A DNA stretch of 53,852 nucleotides from Clostridiaceae bacterium (lineage in GTDB: Bacteria > Bacillota > Clostridia > Saccharofermentanales > DTU023). The stretch covers positions 1-53,852 of the forward strand of contig JAAYKK010000003.1 of assembly GCA_012522435.1 (NCBI GenBank), written 5' to 3'. Below are positions 39,181 through 48,528 of the stretch, one piece after another. Every line of letters begins with the position of its first letter. Positions within the stretch are counted from its first letter, which is position 1. The position numbers were made by a program, and so were the translations under genes. A model generated the notes under the pieces. It had not been told where the DNA came from and did no database searches. It worked only from the letters and a program-made list of their open reading frames with translations.

Positions 39181-40083
39181 ATGGATCATTTGCAATCAAA
39201 TCAAGCAGTTATTATTAAAGGTGTTGCAGGTCAATATACTCTACATAGATATAATCCTCCTTTTGAGGGGATAGCTGTTCCTAGAGGTATTTTTCGCAAA
39301 ACCAACCATACACCTTTACCGGGTGATCTTGTTGAATATGCAGTTTCAGGTGATCCTGATATTCCTTATGTGATAGAAAAAATCTTACCGCGTAAAAATG
39401 AGCTAAAACGTCCACCAATGGCTAATCTCGATATTCTATTAATTACTATTTCAACTGTTTTGCCACCACCGGATTTTTATTTGATCGACCGGTTAACCGC
39501 ATATGCTGAAATTCTTATGATTAAAGCATTTTTGGTACTAACTAAACTTGATTTATCAGCTTCGGATGCTATTGAAATTGTTAATAATTATCAACATGCA
39601 GGATTTCCTATTTATCAACTTGGTTTAGACCGAAGTTCGGATTTAGAAAAATTAAAATCAGATATAAAAGGCCAGATTGTAGCTTTTGCCGGACAAAGCG
39701 GAGTTGGTAAATCTACTTATCTTAATTTGTTATTTGATGATGATTTAATGAAGATTGGTGAATTATCTAACAAAGCAGGTCGGGGCAAGCAAACTACACG
39801 TCATATTCAGCTCTTTCCAAATGAAGCAAGTTATGTTGCCGATACACCGGGATTTCAAAACATTAGTTTAGCAGATGCTAAAATTACCGGTACACAGTTA
39901 GCTCAAGGATATCCAGAAATCAAGAAACTTGCTACCGAATGTATGTTTAATGATTGTACGCATATTAGCGAACCCGGTTGTGCTGTTTTAGATGCCGGTC
40001 CCGAACTAATTCATCCGAAACGTCTCAAACGTTATCAGTTTTTACGTCAAGAATTAGATAATTATTATGCAAACATGTATTAA
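39181..40083 (+). CDS. rsgA: Ribosome small subunit-dependent GTPase A
   Basis: TKLD, GQSGVGKS, GKQTT, DTPG, CMFNDCTHISEPGC. Confidence 0.94.
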   Translation: MDHLQSNQAVIIKGVAGQYTLHRYNPPFEGIAVPRGIFRKTNHTPLPGDLVEYAVSGDPDIPYVIEKILPRKNELKRPPMANLDILLITISTVLPPPDFYLIDRLTAYAEILMIKAFLVLTKLDLSASDAIEIVNNYQHAGFPIYQLGLDRSSDLEKLKSDIKGQIVAFAGQSGVGKSTYLNLLFDDDLMKIGELSNKAGRGKQTTRHIQLFPNEASYVADTPGFQNISLADAKITGTQLAQGYPEIKKLATECMFNDCTHISEPGCAVLDAGPELIHPKRLKRYQFLRQELDNYYANMY

Positions 40084-40135
40084 TTTTTTAAAGTGTTTTA
40101 TTTAGATAATTGATTGAAAAAAAGAGGAGAGTTAA

Positions 40136-40822
40136 ATGTTAGAAAAAAATAAAAAGAGCAATGTTGTGATCTGTCCAAGTGTGTTGTCTGCAGATTTCTC
40201 AAAATTAGCCGAAGATCTGGAAACAGTAAATAGCGCAGATTGGATTCATTTTGATGTGATGGATGGCCATTACGTGCCGAACATTTCTTTTGGACCACTT
40301 ATTGCAGAAGCTGTTAAACCATATTCTGATCTAAAGCTCGATGTGCATTTAATGGTTGATGAGCCTGATAAATGGTTAGAACCTTTTGCAGAAGCAGGTG
40401 CAGATTCTCTAGTAATCCACCAAGAAGTGACTATACATGCCCACAGATCCATACAACAAATAAAAGAATTAGGTTGTTCTGCCGGCATGGCAATCAATCC
40501 GGGTACACCGATAGAAACCTTAAGTGAATATTTACCTTACCTGGATTTGGTATTGATCATGACCGTTAATCCCGGTTTTGGCGGTCAATCTTATATAAAA
40601 ACAATGGATGATAAAATCCAGAGAATGCGTAAAATGATCGATAATTCCGGCTATGATATTTTCTTACAGGTTGATGGCGGTATTTCTCGGAATAATATTG
40701 AAAATGTTGCTAAGTGTGGAGCAAATGCTTTTGTTGCCGGAAGCGGAATTTTTTCAAAAGAGGATCGTCCTGCAGAAATTGCTTTATTACGGGAATTAGC
40801 TGAAAAAGGATATAAGGGATAG
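40136..40822 (+). CDS. rpe: Ribulose-phosphate 3-epimerase
   Basis: HFDVMDG, DVHLM, MTVNPGFGGQ, VDGG. Confidence 0.96.
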   Translation: MLEKNKKSNVVICPSVLSADFSKLAEDLETVNSADWIHFDVMDGHYVPNISFGPLIAEAVKPYSDLKLDVHLMVDEPDKWLEPFAEAGADSLVIHQEVTIHAHRSIQQIKELGCSAGMAINPGTPIETLSEYLPYLDLVLIMTVNPGFGGQSYIKTMDDKIQRMRKMIDNSGYDIFLQVDGGISRNNIENVAKCGANAFVAGSGIFSKEDRPAEIALLRELAEKGYKG

Positions 40823-41536
40823 ATGCTTGATATTGCTATTGTGCTGAATGGGGAGATTAAGGATCAACAAGGTTTTGAATATTTCCTTAACCAGGCAACC
40901 TACATTATTGCTGCTGATGGCGGTCTGAATCATCTGATTGATTTAGAGATAAAACCTAATCTTTTTCTAGGAGACTTTGATTCTGTTAAACAAACCTCCT
41001 TAGAAAAAGCTACAGAATGGCAATTAAAAATCGATCAATATCCTGAACGTAAGAATTTCACAGATTCAGAATTAGCTATTAATCATATTTTTTCAGAAAA
41101 CTTATTGAGAAAATATAATGGAAAAAAACCGACGATTGGTTTTTTAGCAGCATTCGGTTCACGCTATGATCATCTCTTGAGTAATCAGCTGCTCGCAGCA
41201 AAAAATGCAGATAAAGCTAATTTTATCCTAACGGATGGTTTAGCTTTGCAATGGATCATTAATGGGCCTAAAGAAATGAATTTAAACTGGCCTTTAGCTG
41301 AACATGAAGCAACTGAGCAATTCAATTTTTCACTCTTAGCGCTGAGTCCTTTGGTAGAAAAAATAACCTTACAAAACAGCGAATATCTTTTAAAAGAGTA
41401 TGATTTAAAACGTGGCAGCTCAATAGGTGTAAGTAATCTGGTTAAGCAGAACCGAATGAGCTCACAACAGACCGCTAAGATCGGAATCAGTTTTAGCAAA
41501 GGTTGTTTAAGCATTATTATTTTACCTGCTTTATAG
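40823..41536 (+). CDS. thiN: Thiamine pyrophosphokinase
   Basis: AADGG, GDFDS, KNFTDSE, RYDH; conserved position after rpe. Confidence 0.88.
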   Translation: MLDIAIVLNGEIKDQQGFEYFLNQATYIIAADGGLNHLIDLEIKPNLFLGDFDSVKQTSLEKATEWQLKIDQYPERKNFTDSELAINHIFSENLLRKYNGKKPTIGFLAAFGSRYDHLLSNQLLAAKNADKANFILTDGLALQWIINGPKEMNLNWPLAEHEATEQFNFSLLALSPLVEKITLQNSEYLLKEYDLKRGSSIGVSNLVKQNRMSSQQTAKIGISFSKGCLSIIILPAL

Positions 41537-41543
41537 GTGTGCA

Positions 41544-42272
41544 ATGTTATTCAATGAATTAAATAATCAGAATTATCAGAATATCATTACGGAAGACCCC
41601 AGAACTTGGAGTTTGTTCGCAGGTTTGACGGAAGGCGAATATACTGAATTAGAACAAAATGTCAGTATAGTCCATTTTGCTAAAGATGAAGTAGTGTTCA
41701 GACCCGGGGATTCGGCGAAAAAGATGTACATTATGATTTCGGGACGAATCAAAATTACTAAATTAATGCCGGATGGTCGAGATCAATTACTATACATTTA
41801 TAATCCGGGAGACTTTGTTGGTGGCCTTAATTTGTTCAGTGGAGATCATTATTTATATTTAGGTGAAGCATTGGAAGAAAGCACAATTGGCTACATTCCG
41901 AAAGTTACCTTTGATAAATTTGCTTTGAACAGGGTTGATTCTATGCAGCAATTACTAGCTAAATCCTTTGATAGAATTAGATGGGCTGAAGATCTGATTT
42001 CGCGTTTATCATCCTCAAATGCCGAGATTAAAGTTGCCGGTCTTTTAATCAGTTTATGCGATTCTTATGGGAAAAAAATAGATGAGACAACAATTCGACT
42101 TGATTTATCGATTAATAGGGAAGAAATGGGTAGCTATGCCGGTTTAACCAGAGAAACTATGACCCGCAAATTAAACGAGTTCAAGAATAAGGGTTTTATA
42201 GATTTTAAGGGTAACCAAATCATTATTATCAAAGATTTGCCGGCTTTGCGTAGAATTATCTATCTAGTCTAA
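41544..42272 (+). CDS. Crp/Fnr-family transcriptional regulator
   Basis: cNMP-binding-like domain (PGDFVG) and HTH REEMGSYAGLTRETMTRKL; no N-terminal Cys cluster. Confidence 0.9.
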   Translation: MLFNELNNQNYQNIITEDPRTWSLFAGLTEGEYTELEQNVSIVHFAKDEVVFRPGDSAKKMYIMISGRIKITKLMPDGRDQLLYIYNPGDFVGGLNLFSGDHYLYLGEALEESTIGYIPKVTFDKFALNRVDSMQQLLAKSFDRIRWAEDLISRLSSSNAEIKVAGLLISLCDSYGKKIDETTIRLDLSINREEMGSYAGLTRETMTRKLNEFKNKGFIDFKGNQIIIIKDLPALRRIIYLV

Positions 42273-43246
42273 TTATTATCTTGTCCTAAAGTACTATTTT
42301 CTACAGAATTTGCCTGAAATATCGCACTGCCAATAGATGAAGCAATGAGATGTTCGTTAACAGTGTGGGTGCGAACAATCTCAATACCTTGAGTAGCAGC
42401 AATTGCGGTAATAGCAGCAGATGCTTGATCACGGATTAACAATCCCTCACTTGTTTCAGAATCCGAATCGATTAGATTTTTCTGCAGTGTTTTGACCAGA
42501 AATCTTTTACGTGAAACTCCGAGAAATACTTTAAATCCAATTTGCCGAATCAGATTTAAATTTTTAAGCAAGATTAAATTTTCTTTTTCTGTCAGAGCAA
42601 AGCCTATTCCAGGGTCTAGATAAATTTGAGTTTGATCTACACCGGCGTTAATAGCCAGATTAAGAGCTTTATCATAATAATACTTCATCACATCAAGAAT
42701 ATCTGCTTCTAACAGTTTCATGTATTCAGAGGGAGTAAAAGGTTTAAACTTATTTTTAGTACAAAAATTCGGAAAATTCTGACTACTCTTATGCTCCGGT
42801 CTAGCGATTGCCGCATTAAACATCAGGACAAATTTAGGCTTCGAATGATAATTAGCTATTTAATCTGCCATTTCAGGATCACCCAAGAATCCGGAAATAT
42901 CATTAATCATATTTACACCTAAATCAAGGACATGTTCAGCAACCTCAGCCTTTCGTGTATCTACCGAAAGGGGAAGCTTAGTCTTTTCTATCAACTCTTT
43001 GATAACCGGTTCAATTCTGCGGATTTCCTCAGTAGAAGAAATTAAAACACTTCCGGGTCGGGTTGATTCACCGCCAAGATCAAGAAGATCAGCGCCTTGT
43101 TTTGCTAGCCTAATGCCATGAGCAACAGCATGTTCAGTTTGATACCATTTATTTCCATCCGAAAAAGAGTCCGGGGTCACGTTAACTATTGCACATATTT
43201 TGGTCCGGTTAAGGCTCTGCTGTTCAACTTGACTATTATTAATGAT
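42269..43246 (-). pseudogene. folP: Dihydropteroate synthase pseudogene (in-frame TAA at 42862-42860; probable start ATG changed to ATC at 43246)
   Basis: Both ORF-track fragments are in one frame, joined as ...EMAD*IANYHSKPKFVLMFNAAIARP...; IVNVTPDSFSDG, GGESTRPG, ND, DPGIGF, GVSRK motifs. Confidence 0.88.
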
Positions 43247-43248
43247 AA

Positions 43249-44229
43249 TTATTTTCCTTTGAAATCAGTTTTACGATATGAGTTAAGCGGATTATTTTCT
43301 ACAGCTTCGTGCAACATATCGTCATTTATATGAGTATAGATTTCTGTAGTCGAAACACTTGAATGTCCTAAAATTTGTTGCAAACTTCGCAAATCAACTT
43401 CACCATACTGATACATCAAAGTTGCTGCCGTATGACGTAATTTATGGGTTGAATATTTTTTTGGATCAAGACCTGCTTTGACAATATATTTCTTGACCAG
43501 ATTTTGGACAGCACGTTGAGATATACGGCGTCTATTTCTACTGATAAATAAAGCATCGCGATCACTATCTCTAGTGGGCTCTAATCTTTCAGGTAAATAG
43601 TCGTCTATGGCTTGGATACAAACTGAATTCAGATAAACAGTTCTCTCTTTGCCACCTTTTCCCATTACGGTAAGAGTCTCTTGAGAAATATCACTCATGT
43701 TTATACTGACTAACTCAGATAAGCGCATCCCACAGTTTAAAAAGAGAGTCAATATGCAATAATCGCGCGCAGAGAATTGACTATCCGAGCTGGCTGCTTC
43801 AGTTAACACAGCAACACTTTCCTCAATTGAGAGATAGCGGGGCAATTTTTTAGGTAATTTGGGGGATTCTAATTCCGCTGCAGGATTATACTCAATAATT
43901 TTTGCTTTAGTTGAGAGATAGTTGAAGAAAGTTCTAATTGCAGAGATTCTTCTTGATCTGGATGCGGGTCCGTTATCACGTTCATTGCCCAGCCAAGCTA
44001 TAAAGCGATACATTTCGCTTAAAGCGATAGAACGCAAAAAATCTTCATCTATGTCAGATATATCAATTTGTTCGAGTTCTGTATCCTCGGGAACTAATTT
44101 TCGATAAAGTTTTAAAAACCGAAAGAACATTTCTAGATCATAGCGATATTCCTGAATAGTTCCCGGAGCTCTGGCTTTTATACCTGAAAAATAGCTGAAA
44201 AATTCTTCTAACCAAAAAAAACTATGCAC
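43249..44229 (-). CDS. xerC: Tyrosine recombinase, XerC/XerD family
   Basis: SAM-like N-terminus; full catalytic set GMRLSE, GKGGKER, HKLRH, LGH, TEIYTH; no phage or ICE genes nearby. Confidence 0.8.
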   Translation of the reverse strand: MHSFFWLEEFFSYFSGIKARAPGTIQEYRYDLEMFFRFLKLYRKLVPEDTELEQIDISDIDEDFLRSIALSEMYRFIAWLGNERDNGPASRSRRISAIRTFFNYLSTKAKIIEYNPAAELESPKLPKKLPRYLSIEESVAVLTEAASSDSQFSARDYCILTLFLNCGMRLSELVSINMSDISQETLTVMGKGGKERTVYLNSVCIQAIDDYLPERLEPTRDSDRDALFISRNRRRISQRAVQNLVKKYIVKAGLDPKKYSTHKLRHTAATLMYQYGEVDLRSLQQILGHSSVSTTEIYTHINDDMLHEAVENNPLNSYRKTDFKGK

Positions 44230-44302
44230 ATTTACCTACTTTCTATCTATAATTATATGCTAAAATGAGTTAATTAGTTATTACAGGAGGTTTACATTCG
44301 TT

Positions 44303-45394
44303 ATGAAACGTAAATATAAAGTAGGAATTATCGGTGGAACAGGTTATGTAGGTCAAAGATTTCTGACCTTGTTGGATAATCATCCTTGGTTTGAATTGAC
44401 AACCATTGCAGCTTCACCACGATCTGCCGGAAAATCTTATCAAGAGGCTATGCAAGGTCGTTGGAAAATCGATGCTGAAATGCCGGAAGCGGTTAAAGAG
44501 ATTGAAGTCATAAGTAGTGAAGACTTATCAAGTTTTCTCAATCAGGTTGATTTTGTATTTTGCGCGGTTGATATGGAAAAAACAGAATTAATTGCTTTGG
44601 AAGAAGCAATAGCAAAAACTGAAACACCTGTGGTTTCCAATAATTCAGCCAATCGTTGGACTAAAGATGTGCCGATGATCATACCTGAAATTAATCCGGA
44701 ACATTCTGCCTTGATTGAAATTCAGAAAAAACGTTTAGGTACTAAATCCGGTTTTATTGCAGTTAAACCGAATTGCTCTATCCAAAGTTATGTACCTGCT
44801 TTAACACCGTTGACCGAATATGGTATCGAAAAGATTCTAGTCTCAACCTATCAAGCAGTTTCCGGGGCAGGTAAGATTTTAGCAGAATGGCCGGAAATAA
44901 ATGCTAATGTAATCCCTTATATTGGTGGTGAGGAAGAAAAATCTGAAAGAGAGCCTTTGCGAGTTTGGGGCAAGTTAATCAATGATAATTCAGAAATTGA
45001 ATTGGCGAATAAACCCTTAATTTCGGCTCAATGTTATCGGGTTCCGGTTCAAGACGGACATACAGCTTCAGTCGCTGTAAAGTTTGCCGAAAAACCGACG
45101 GAAGCAGACATCTTAAGAGCTTGGCAAGAGTATAAGCCTTATCCTCAACAAAAAGGGTTACCTACAGCACCTCGACCTTTTTTACAATATCTCTCAGACA
45201 ATGATCGACCCCAACCCAAATTGGATGCCAACTTTGGTTCAGGTATGGGTGTGAGTATAGGTAGATTAAGAGAAGATAATATCTTGGATTATAAATTCAC
45301 CTGTTTGTCGCACAATACACTTAGAGGTGCCGCAGGGGGAGCTGTACTCACTGCTGAATTACTTGTAGATCAGGGGTATATCGATTATAAATAA
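44303..45394 (+). CDS. asd: Aspartate-semialdehyde dehydrogenase
   Basis: GGTGYVGQRF, PEIN, KPNCS, YQAVSGAG, RVPVQDGH, HNTLRGAAG. Confidence 0.94.
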   Translation: MKRKYKVGIIGGTGYVGQRFLTLLDNHPWFELTTIAASPRSAGKSYQEAMQGRWKIDAEMPEAVKEIEVISSEDLSSFLNQVDFVFCAVDMEKTELIALEEAIAKTETPVVSNNSANRWTKDVPMIIPEINPEHSALIEIQKKRLGTKSGFIAVKPNCSIQSYVPALTPLTEYGIEKILVSTYQAVSGAGKILAEWPEINANVIPYIGGEEEKSEREPLRVWGKLINDNSEIELANKPLISAQCYRVPVQDGHTASVAVKFAEKPTEADILRAWQEYKPYPQQKGLPTAPRPFLQYLSDNDRPQPKLDANFGSGMGVSIGRLREDNILDYKFTCLSHNTLRGAAGGAVLTAELLVDQGYIDYK

Positions 45395-45465
45395 AAGTGT
45401 AAATTATATACATTATTTTTAATGTACCTATCTATCAATCATTAAACCGGAAATCGAGGAGATTA

Positions 45466-46485
45466 ATGATTACAATAAAAGATATAGCAAAAAAAGCAGG
45501 CGTTTCGTACGCTACTGTTTCGAGAGCTCTAAATAATAAAACTGATGTAAATGAGGCAACAAAAAAGCGGATTGTAAAGCTAGCTGCCCAAATGGGTTAT
45601 CGACCAAATGTAATAGCCCAGAGCTTGGTAACACAAAAAACCAACAATATTGCTTTGATTGTACCGGATGTTTCGAATCCGTTTTTCGCTGAATTGTCCC
45701 GGGCGGTGAGTGAAGCTGCGCTTGAAGCCGGCTATCTTTTGACCATATGCAATACGGGTTGGGATGCTGAACAAGAGCATGAGATGTTGGAACACATGCA
45801 GAGCATGCAAGTTTCAGGAATTATTATTAAACCTTCCGTTTTTTATGAACCGAAAACTTTTGATTTGATTAAATTACCATTGGTTGTATTTTGGCATCCG
45901 TATGAAAATGAGACTGACTTTATTGAAATGGATCATTCGGCAGGTGGTAAAATTGCTACTGAGCACTTAATTGAACGTGGTTATCAAAGAATTGCCTATA
46001 TTGGCGGTGAGGCTACTTCGCCGGCTAATCAACTAAGAATTTTGGCTTATCAACAAGCTTTACAAGAACATAATATGAAAGTTAATCAAGATCTAATCAG
46101 TTTTGGCGGCTTTGACCTACAAAGTGGTTATGATCGTATCCAAAAAATGCTTACCCAGAGTCCAATAAAACCTGATGCAGTATTTTGTGGAAATGATTAT
46201 CTTGCTTTGGGAGTTTTGCAATATTTACATGAGAATAATATTAGAGTTCCCGAAGAATTTGGTGTGATCGGCTATGATGATATTTACTTTTCTTCACTAC
46301 CGATGATTCAATTAACAACGATTGCTCAACCCAGAAAAAAAATGGGTGAGGAGTCAGTAAAACTGATTTTAGAACAAATTCAACAACTGGAAAATAAACA
46401 AGAATTTGAAGAACAAAGTAAAGTGGAGCGTAAACCAGCAAGAATACTCTTAAAACCGGAATTGAAGATCAGAGCAACCACTTAA
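45466..46485 (+). CDS. LacI-family transcriptional regulator
   Basis: TIKDIAKKAGVSYATVSRALN HTH, YRPN hinge, NPFF, GYDD, LTTIAQP. Confidence 0.95.
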   Translation: MITIKDIAKKAGVSYATVSRALNNKTDVNEATKKRIVKLAAQMGYRPNVIAQSLVTQKTNNIALIVPDVSNPFFAELSRAVSEAALEAGYLLTICNTGWDAEQEHEMLEHMQSMQVSGIIIKPSVFYEPKTFDLIKLPLVVFWHPYENETDFIEMDHSAGGKIATEHLIERGYQRIAYIGGEATSPANQLRILAYQQALQEHNMKVNQDLISFGGFDLQSGYDRIQKMLTQSPIKPDAVFCGNDYLALGVLQYLHENNIRVPEEFGVIGYDDIYFSSLPMIQLTTIAQPRKKMGEESVKLILEQIQQLENKQEFEEQSKVERKPARILLKPELKIRATT

Positions 46486-46486
46486 A

Positions 46487-46515
46487 TTGACATCTAAATA
46501 CCTTCTTGTGATAAT
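46487..46515 (+). promoter_or_regulatory. Near-consensus sigma-A promoter
   Basis: TTGACA (46487-46492), 17-nt spacer, TGtGATAAT (46507-46515). Confidence 0.75.
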
Positions 46516-46545
46516 AATAAGTAAAGATTGTTACGGAGGTAAATA

Positions 46546-47022
46546 ATGACAAAAGATCTAGCTGTAGTTGAAAAAGTAATCGAACTTACAAATTCAGATA
46601 AAATCAATTGGAAAAATTATAAAGATCAAAAACCTAAAAGAACTCTTGATGCACTTAATTTTGCTAGAGTTAGAATTGCTACCAAATATCCAAAACGGGT
46701 TTTAGCTTTATCCGATGGATATAATAAGTATCAATCATATTATGCTTTAAACGATCAATTGGTCATTGCCTTGACCAAAGGAAAAAGAGACGATCAATTA
46801 TTATTAATAGTTGGTGAAGTAAATCCGTTGCAAAACAAACCACATGGAAAAAACAAATTCAAAAGAAGACAATTCGATTTGAATCTAGCTGTTTATACAA
46901 ACGATGAATTAAACGGCAAACTAAGTGCGCTTCATCAAAAGATTCATAAAGTGAAAGCATTAGATTCAGGAGCAACAGAAGAAGCTGATCTGCTTAATCT
47001 AATAAATGACAGTTTAGGTTAA
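46546..47022 (+). CDS. Hypothetical basic protein
   Basis: 158-aa ORF with RBS GGAGGT and own promoter; no family recognised. Confidence 0.7.
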   Translation: MTKDLAVVEKVIELTNSDKINWKNYKDQKPKRTLDALNFARVRIATKYPKRVLALSDGYNKYQSYYALNDQLVIALTKGKRDDQLLLIVGEVNPLQNKPHGKNKFKRRQFDLNLAVYTNDELNGKLSALHQKIHKVKALDSGATEEADLLNLINDSLG

Positions 47023-47093
47023 ATATTATTGTTAATTAGTTAACATTGGAAATAACAACTCAATATGAGAGAAATGTTAATTTAGGAGGAAAA

Positions 47094-48356
47094 ATGAAAA
47101 AGAAATTAATTTTATTAGTTTTATCTTTAGTCATGGTACTCGGTTTGATAGCCGGCTGTGGCAGTAAAACCGATCAAGAACTGGAAAAAGAAACGGATAA
47201 AGCTGAAGAAGTTGTGGAAGAAGATGTAGAAACAGATGATGAAGATACTGATGCAGAAGCTCCTGCAGAAGACGATGAAGCAGATGATGCAGAACCCTCT
47301 GATGATGCTTTAAGTATTGTCATAGTTTCAAGTCCTTCAGGTGTAGATGATGGTAACTTTAACCAAGATAATTATATCGGAATTCAAAATTTCATTAAGA
47401 ATTATCCTAATGCAACAGTTGAAGATATTAGAGAAACTGCAGTTGAAAACTCGGTTGATACAGCCGCTAGTGTAGTTGGAGATTACGATGTCATCGTAAC
47501 ACCGGGATTTCAATTTTCAGCTATTTCGACAGCTGCCGTAGACAATCCGGACAAGAAATTTATTCTGGTAGATTCTTTCCCAACAGATGTTGACGATTTG
47601 GCTGCCGGAGAAGAGATGCCGGGTGAGGCTGAATATCCAAATATTTATGCAATGCAGTTCAAAGAACAAGAAGGCGGATTTTTTGCCGGTATTGCAGCTG
47701 CTTTAGAGACTAAAACCGGAAAAGTTGCTGTCGTAAACGGTATTGCTTATCCAAGCAATGTCAACTATCAATTCGGTTTTGAAGCAGGTGTGGCTTATGC
47801 GAATAAACACTTCTCTACAACTGCAGAACTGGTAGAAATTCCGGGAAAACAAGGTACAGATGTACGTGGGATTGATGTTGGCGGTAACTACATCGGCGGA
47901 TTTGACGATGAAGCAGGCGGTAAACAAATCGGTGAAGATCTCTTAAAAGAAGGTGTTGACATTATTTTTGTTGCAGCAGGCGGTTCCGGTAACGGTGTTT
48001 TCACAGCTGTAAAAGAACATGGTGAATCGATGGTCATCGGTTGTGATGTTGATCAATTTGATGATGGGGTGAACGGTGATGAAAACATAGTTTTAACCTC
48101 AGCCTTAAAAGTGATGCATCTAAACGTTGAACGCCAATTAGAAGCAATTGCTAACGGAACATTTGAAGGTAAAAATGAAGTCTTAGGTGCTGATTCCGAC
48201 TCAGTCGATTACGCTAAAAAAGAAGGTCGCCATCAGTTATCAGCTGAAACATTGGAAAAAATGGAAGAAATTTTTGCCGGTTTAAAAGACGGTAGTATTG
48301 TTCCACCAAGCAATTTCAGTGATGAAACTGTTGAAGATTTTATAGGATTAGATTAA
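47094..48356 (+). CDS. BMP-family (nucleoside-binding) ABC substrate-binding lipoprotein
   Basis: Lipobox IAGC, acidic linker, DDGNFNQ, FKEQEGGFFAG, IGCDVDQ, TSALK; start ATG 47094 after AGGAGG. Confidence 0.9.
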   Translation: MKKKLILLVLSLVMVLGLIAGCGSKTDQELEKETDKAEEVVEEDVETDDEDTDAEAPAEDDEADDAEPSDDALSIVIVSSPSGVDDGNFNQDNYIGIQNFIKNYPNATVEDIRETAVENSVDTAASVVGDYDVIVTPGFQFSAISTAAVDNPDKKFILVDSFPTDVDDLAAGEEMPGEAEYPNIYAMQFKEQEGGFFAGIAAALETKTGKVAVVNGIAYPSNVNYQFGFEAGVAYANKHFSTTAELVEIPGKQGTDVRGIDVGGNYIGGFDDEAGGKQIGEDLLKEGVDIIFVAAGGSGNGVFTAVKEHGESMVIGCDVDQFDDGVNGDENIVLTSALKVMHLNVERQLEAIANGTFEGKNEVLGADSDSVDYAKKEGRHQLSAETLEKMEEIFAGLKDGSIVPPSNFSDETVEDFIGLD

Positions 48357-48427
48357 TAATAAATCAAAATCAAACAAGATTGATTAACTACGAATAATCA
48401 ATTAAAAGTTAATTAACAATTAATATG

Positions 48428-48480
48428 GGGGAACTCAACTTGCAAATTTTGTAAAAGATGAGTTCTCCTTTTGTTTTTTT
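48428..48480 (+). terminator. Hairpin/terminator between the BMP gene and the ATPase gene
   Basis: GGGGAACTCA pairs with TGAGTTCTCC (one G-U pair), followed by TTTTGTTTTTTT. Confidence 0.7.
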
Positions 48481-48528
48481 GTTATGATAGATGTGATATG
48501 GATTAATATGGCTAAGAGGTGAATCCTG

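Noticed and set aside
42860-42862. Programmed read-through or recoding of the folP stop
   Set aside because: TAA is not a Sec/Pyl codon, it ends many genes in this window, and the start codon also appears lost
44214-44221. 8-nt homopolymer near the xer start as a phase-variation tract
   Set aside because: A/T runs of this length are common here and the frame from GTG 44229 is intact
43249-44229. Recombinase as integrase of a prophage, ICE or integron
   Set aside because: No phage, conjugation or excisionase genes, no att repeats, tRNA or attC arrays seen; sequence looks like housekeeping Xer
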